Assembly (NCBI GenBank): GCA_032718475.1
Contig: JAUCBJ010007680.1
Coordinates: 62,001-126,000, forward strand
Length of the DNA stretch: 64,000 nt
Source of the DNA: Nemertoderma westbladi
Lineage: Eukaryota; Animalia; Xenacoelomorpha
Reading direction: 5' to 3'
Shown here: one piece after another, positions 60,333-64,000 of the stretch
How positions within the stretch are numbered: the stretch's first letter is position 1
Layout of the letters: every line of letters begins with the position of its first letter
Translations under genes and position numbers: made by a program
The notes under the pieces: model-generated
Databases searched by the model: none
What the model was told of the DNA's origin: nothing
Seen by the model: only the letters and a program-made list of their open reading frames with translations

Positions 60333-60965
60333 GGTTTGAAACTCGGCCCTATACTATTTACGATATGTACAAGATCCCTTTCTAACTAAAGTAATAAACC
60401 GCTATGGCAGTATGGTCTTGTCATGGTCTCTCGTATCATTTATATGTAGATGACACGCAGTTGTATATCAGTATATAACTGTATAATGTTCGAACCTAAA
60501 GACAAGTTACGTGCTATGGACTGATGAGTGATGATAAAGGTGACAGAGTACTGCATTATTGATATCAAGGTTGCTGGTTGGATGAAAAATAACTTCCTTA
60601 AACTAAACACAGATAAAACTGAGGTCCTTCTACTTCAGTCTTGATTTGGTAAATCCGTCGATATGCTTGCAATGCAAGTTGGTAACGATCAAATTGCGTG
60701 CTGAATTTGTGCTAAGTGCTAACTGCCTAATGCACGTAACATTGGATTCATAATGGAATCTAACCTTACAGTTGATAAACAGATCAGAACAGCTGTGCGT
60801 GAGGTATTCTTTCACCTCAGGTCAGGAGCCTCTATAGAATAAAGCACTGCTTAAATAAAAAAGATCTGGGAATATTAATTGATACATGCATTAGTAGGCC
60901 TAACTAACAAGTAAACTCGATAATGAATAAATCTCTATATTTTGGGTTGCCCGCTTGCATTATAC
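60333..60965 (+). pseudogene. Degraded CR1/L2-type LINE RT fragment
   Basis: LGPILF, HLYVDDTQLYI (about 60437-60469), WMKNNFLKLNTDKTEVLL (from 60579), RNIGFIMESNL; broken by indels and stops. Confidence 0.8.
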
Positions 60966-61633
60966 GGAACGGTTTTATAATTTTACTCTGTGCACTGTGA
61001 GGCCAGCATGACATTATAATCCTGTAATCTTATACCACTAAGTTATGAAAAGTTAACTGTGGAACTTCGACAGATTTATGTAAATTTTTATTTTTAAATA
61101 AATTTCCAATTTTAATTATTTTTAATTTCAGCTGCGCTTTAGGCCTATCAACTATCAAGCGTTTATATAGTGTGTGTGTACACAATACAATGATAATTTT
61201 AGGTCTACATATATCTGGTTTAAATCTGGTATATTTATTTTTTATTTCAATTCAATTTAAACTGTTACTAAACTTTAAACTAGCTATTAAACTGTTAATA
61301 TTTTTACTGAATTTACTAAGTTTAAAATGATATTTTTAAAACTAAAAGATAATTCTGACCACTCTTACACCTTAAGTACTTCTATGCGTAGATGGTGTTT
61401 GTGTTCTCCCTTCCTTATCTGCTTATAGAGTCTGCTAGTACTTTAGCAATTCAGTAAAATTGTAATTGTATCGTATTTTTAATTGCGTATTATTTTAATC
61501 AGTGGATTGTGTACTATATTTTGATTGGTCTGGCTGGAGTGTGATAAAATACTAATATTAAAATTTGCAAATGGCGTCCCTAAATTCACATCCCTAAAAA
61601 ACGATGACTTCTCCCCGACGGCCGTATAACAAC

Positions 61634-62333
61634 CAGGGCTGGCAAAGTAGATTTTGTAAACCTAGGTTTTTGTCTATTTTTGTCAAAAACCTAAAATTTA
61701 AAAAAAGCCTAAAACTAGGTTTTTAGGTTTTTGATCACAAAAAGAGCCAAATTGCTTGTGTTTTTGAAAATTTCTGATTTTCTTTGAATTTCTTTTTGAA
61801 AAAAAATATTTTGGTTCCATGCGCATGAAACCCACAGGCTGACAGGCACAGACCACAGGCACAGACTCTTGAGTTTCTGTCTTTAACTAAGCTGACAATA
61901 AAACCTCACTGCTGGACTGACTAATATTACCCTATCCCTTTTTAAAACAAAAATTAAATCGATTATTTATTGTAATATATTCTAGGCTTATCTCTGTATC
62001 TACAAGGCAGTGGGCTGTATAAAATATAATCTTGAACAAATTGATATTATTATTATTTTTTTTTTACAGTATTACTGTAGGCCTATTATTATTACAAATC
62101 CGGCCCCATATAATTTATCTAACCATAACGAATGAACTGATGAACCAATCAAGCTCAGGCAGTCAGGTCAATCTAATCAATCAACATACAAATACAGCCT
62201 GAAAGAAATACTACAAAAACCTAGCGGTAACATTCAAAAACCTGCAAAAACCTTCCAAAAACCTGCAAAAACCTAACAAAAACCTAAAACCTAATTTTTG
62301 TTTTGAAAAACCTTAAGGTTTTTGCCAGCCCTG
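61634..62333. mobile_element. hAT-type MITE
   Basis: TIR CAGGGCTGGCAAA / TTTGCCAGCCCTG; 8-bp TSD ATAACAAC (61626-61633, 62334-62341); subterminal AAAACCT repeats. Confidence 0.9.
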
Positions 62334-62554
62334 ATAACAACAGTCAGACTGCAGGACTGTAGAGTGTAGAAAGAAACTCTGTCTGCTGTCTACCCTGTGC
62401 CCTGTGCCCTGCTACCATTAGCTGATTGATATTACTGTAACTACATACTACAGTTCAGTTAGCTTAGGCCTACTGCCTACTACAGTCAGACAGTAGTAGG
62501 CCCTGCCCTATCAGCCTATATACAGATATACTGATACTGATATACTGCTATATA

Positions 62555-64000
62555 ATGGAACAATGTGCTGATCCATCGACACACTTGGGTAATCTACTCA
62601 GCAAACATACCTTCGACATTAGCTTTTACTTCGACCGCAGTTTATACGAGCCGATAGAGAACATTGGAGTCGGCGCCTACGGGGTGGTGTGTTCAGCGTT
62701 CTGCAAAAAGTCAGGGAAAAGAGTGGCGATAAAAAAAATACCAAATGCCTTCGATATGCTGACGACAGCAAAACGAACTTTCAGAGAGTTGAAGATCCTA
62801 AATCACTTCAAACATGAAAATATTGTCTCGATTATTGATATTATAAATCCGACCCAACCAATATCAAACTTCAAAGATGTTTACGTTGTGTTCGATTTAA
62901 TGGAGAGCGATTTGCACCATATTATACAGAGTCCACAAGTATTAACAATAGAGCACACGCAATTCTTTATCTACCAGATTCTCCGCGGACTTAAATATAT
63001 CCACTCCGCTAACGTTATCCACAGGGACTTAAAACCGAGTAACATTCTAGTGAACGAAAACGCCGAATTAAAAATCGGCGATTTCGGGATGGCTCGCGGG
63101 TTGAGCCCAGACATCGGAGATAGAATAACCATGGTTACCGAGTACGTAGCGACCAGGTGGTACCGACCCCCGGAGTTGTTGCTAGGCTACGCGGATAGCT
63201 CGACTAGACTCGATATTTGGTCGACCGGTTGTATATTCGCGGAATTACTCGGCAGGCGGCCGCTTTTTCCAGGGAAAAACTACATCGAACAAATAAACTT
63301 GATAAAGAATGTTTTAGGTAATCTACCGGAGTGTTTATTAACTAACATTAGGAGCGAACGCGTTCAGAAGTTCATATCGTGTTTGCCTCGTAACGAAGCA
63401 GTTTTATTGCAGTCTATCTACCCTGGAGTCCCCAGCCCAGCCTTGGAGCTCCTCCGCTCGATGCTGTGTTACTCCCCCACCGAGCGCCTCACCTCCGAGT
63501 CCGCTCTCAGACACCCGTTCATCCAACCGTACCACGACGTGGAATACGAACCCAACTGCTACCCCCCGTTTGATTTCGACTTTGAACACGAGAGTTTCAC
63601 CAAAGAGGAGTTGAAATCGAAAATAATCCGCGAGATTAACGCGTTCCAGGAGCGGAAACTGAAGAAAGAGCGAGCGATATCGATAGCGGAACAGTTGATA
63701 AATCCGGTACGAAATGACCAACTCGAGTCGGAGTCGGAAGTAGATGAAACTCCGGAGATACAAGATAAAAAGGAAAGTATAGGTGGTGGCGGAGGGGGTT
63801 GTTCTATGGATGTTGGAGAGCGGACGAACGATAAAAGTGAGAGGAAAGCTGTGCTGAGAGCCGCAATACTCCGGATGGTAAAGGAAGGGAGAACAACGAG
63901 CAACGCGGAGAGCAATGAGTCGGTGAGAGAGAAGGTGACGGCGGCTGGGCGACGGAGGGAGCGGGTCGGTAAACGGAAGGAGCGAGTCGCCAAGGCCAAG
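62555..64000 (+). CDS. MAPK7: Mitogen-activated protein kinase 7 (ERK5), partial, uninterrupted ORF to window edge
   Basis: Manual translation: IGVGAYGVVCSA, VAIKKIPNAFD..TTAKRTFRELKIL.HFKHENI, HRDLKPSN, DFGMARG, TEYVATRWYR, LFPGKNY, plus an ERK5-like tail KAVLRAAILR...VTAAGRRRER. Confidence 0.92.
   Translation, partial: MEQCADPSTHLGNLLSKHTFDISFYFDRSLYEPIENIGVGAYGVVCSAFCKKSGKRVAIKKIPNAFDMLTTAKRTFRELKILNHFKHENIVSIIDIINPTQPISNFKDVYVVFDLMESDLHHIIQSPQVLTIEHTQFFIYQILRGLKYIHSANVIHRDLKPSNILVNENAELKIGDFGMARGLSPDIGDRITMVTEYVATRWYRPPELLLGYADSSTRLDIWSTGCIFAELLGRRPLFPGKNYIEQINLIKNVLGNLPECLLTNIRSERVQKFISCLPRNEAVLLQSIYPGVPSPALELLRSMLCYSPTERLTSESALRHPFIQPYHDVEYEPNCYPPFDFDFEHESFTKEELKSKIIREINAFQERKLKKERAISIAEQLINPVRNDQLESESEVDETPEIQDKKESIGGGGGGCSMDVGERTNDKSERKAVLRAAILRMVKEGRTTSNAESNESVREKVTAAGRRRERVGKRKERVAKAK

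Noticed and set aside
60521-60560. Second hammerhead at CTGATGAG
   Set aside because: No stem II/GAAA/NUH arrangement follows; lies inside a LINE RT relic
63404-63999. Minus-strand ORFs at the window end
   Set aside because: Antisense shadows of the MAPK7 coding sequence

Overview
AT-rich eukaryotic (very probably invertebrate animal) genomic DNA, almost entirely nested mobile elements and satellite. Positions 1-3795 are one arm of a Maverick/Polinton (pPolB N-terminus, a PC4-like ORF, AGTAGT terminus) that appears to have inserted into the 5' LTR of a young BEL/Pao LTR retrotransposon (3796-16930). That retrotransposon has no canonical tRNA PBS and carries a hairpin array plus an intact extra zinc-knuckle ORF in the env position. 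Next come a MULE-type MITE holding CRE-like and RTE-like LINE fragments, and two arrays of the same 31-bp satellite (about 3 kb and 23 kb) with an identical 115-bp end. Between the arrays lie an inverted pair of tRNA-like Pol III units that embed a minimal type-I hammerhead ribozyme fold, another MITE and an uninterrupted SAMHD1-like ORF with active-site substitutions. The window ends with a frameshifted pogo-like transposase, a CR1/L2 relic, a hAT MITE and an uninterrupted ERK5/MAPK7 gene running off the edge. All calls come from manual reading and motif recall; no searches or folding programs were run.
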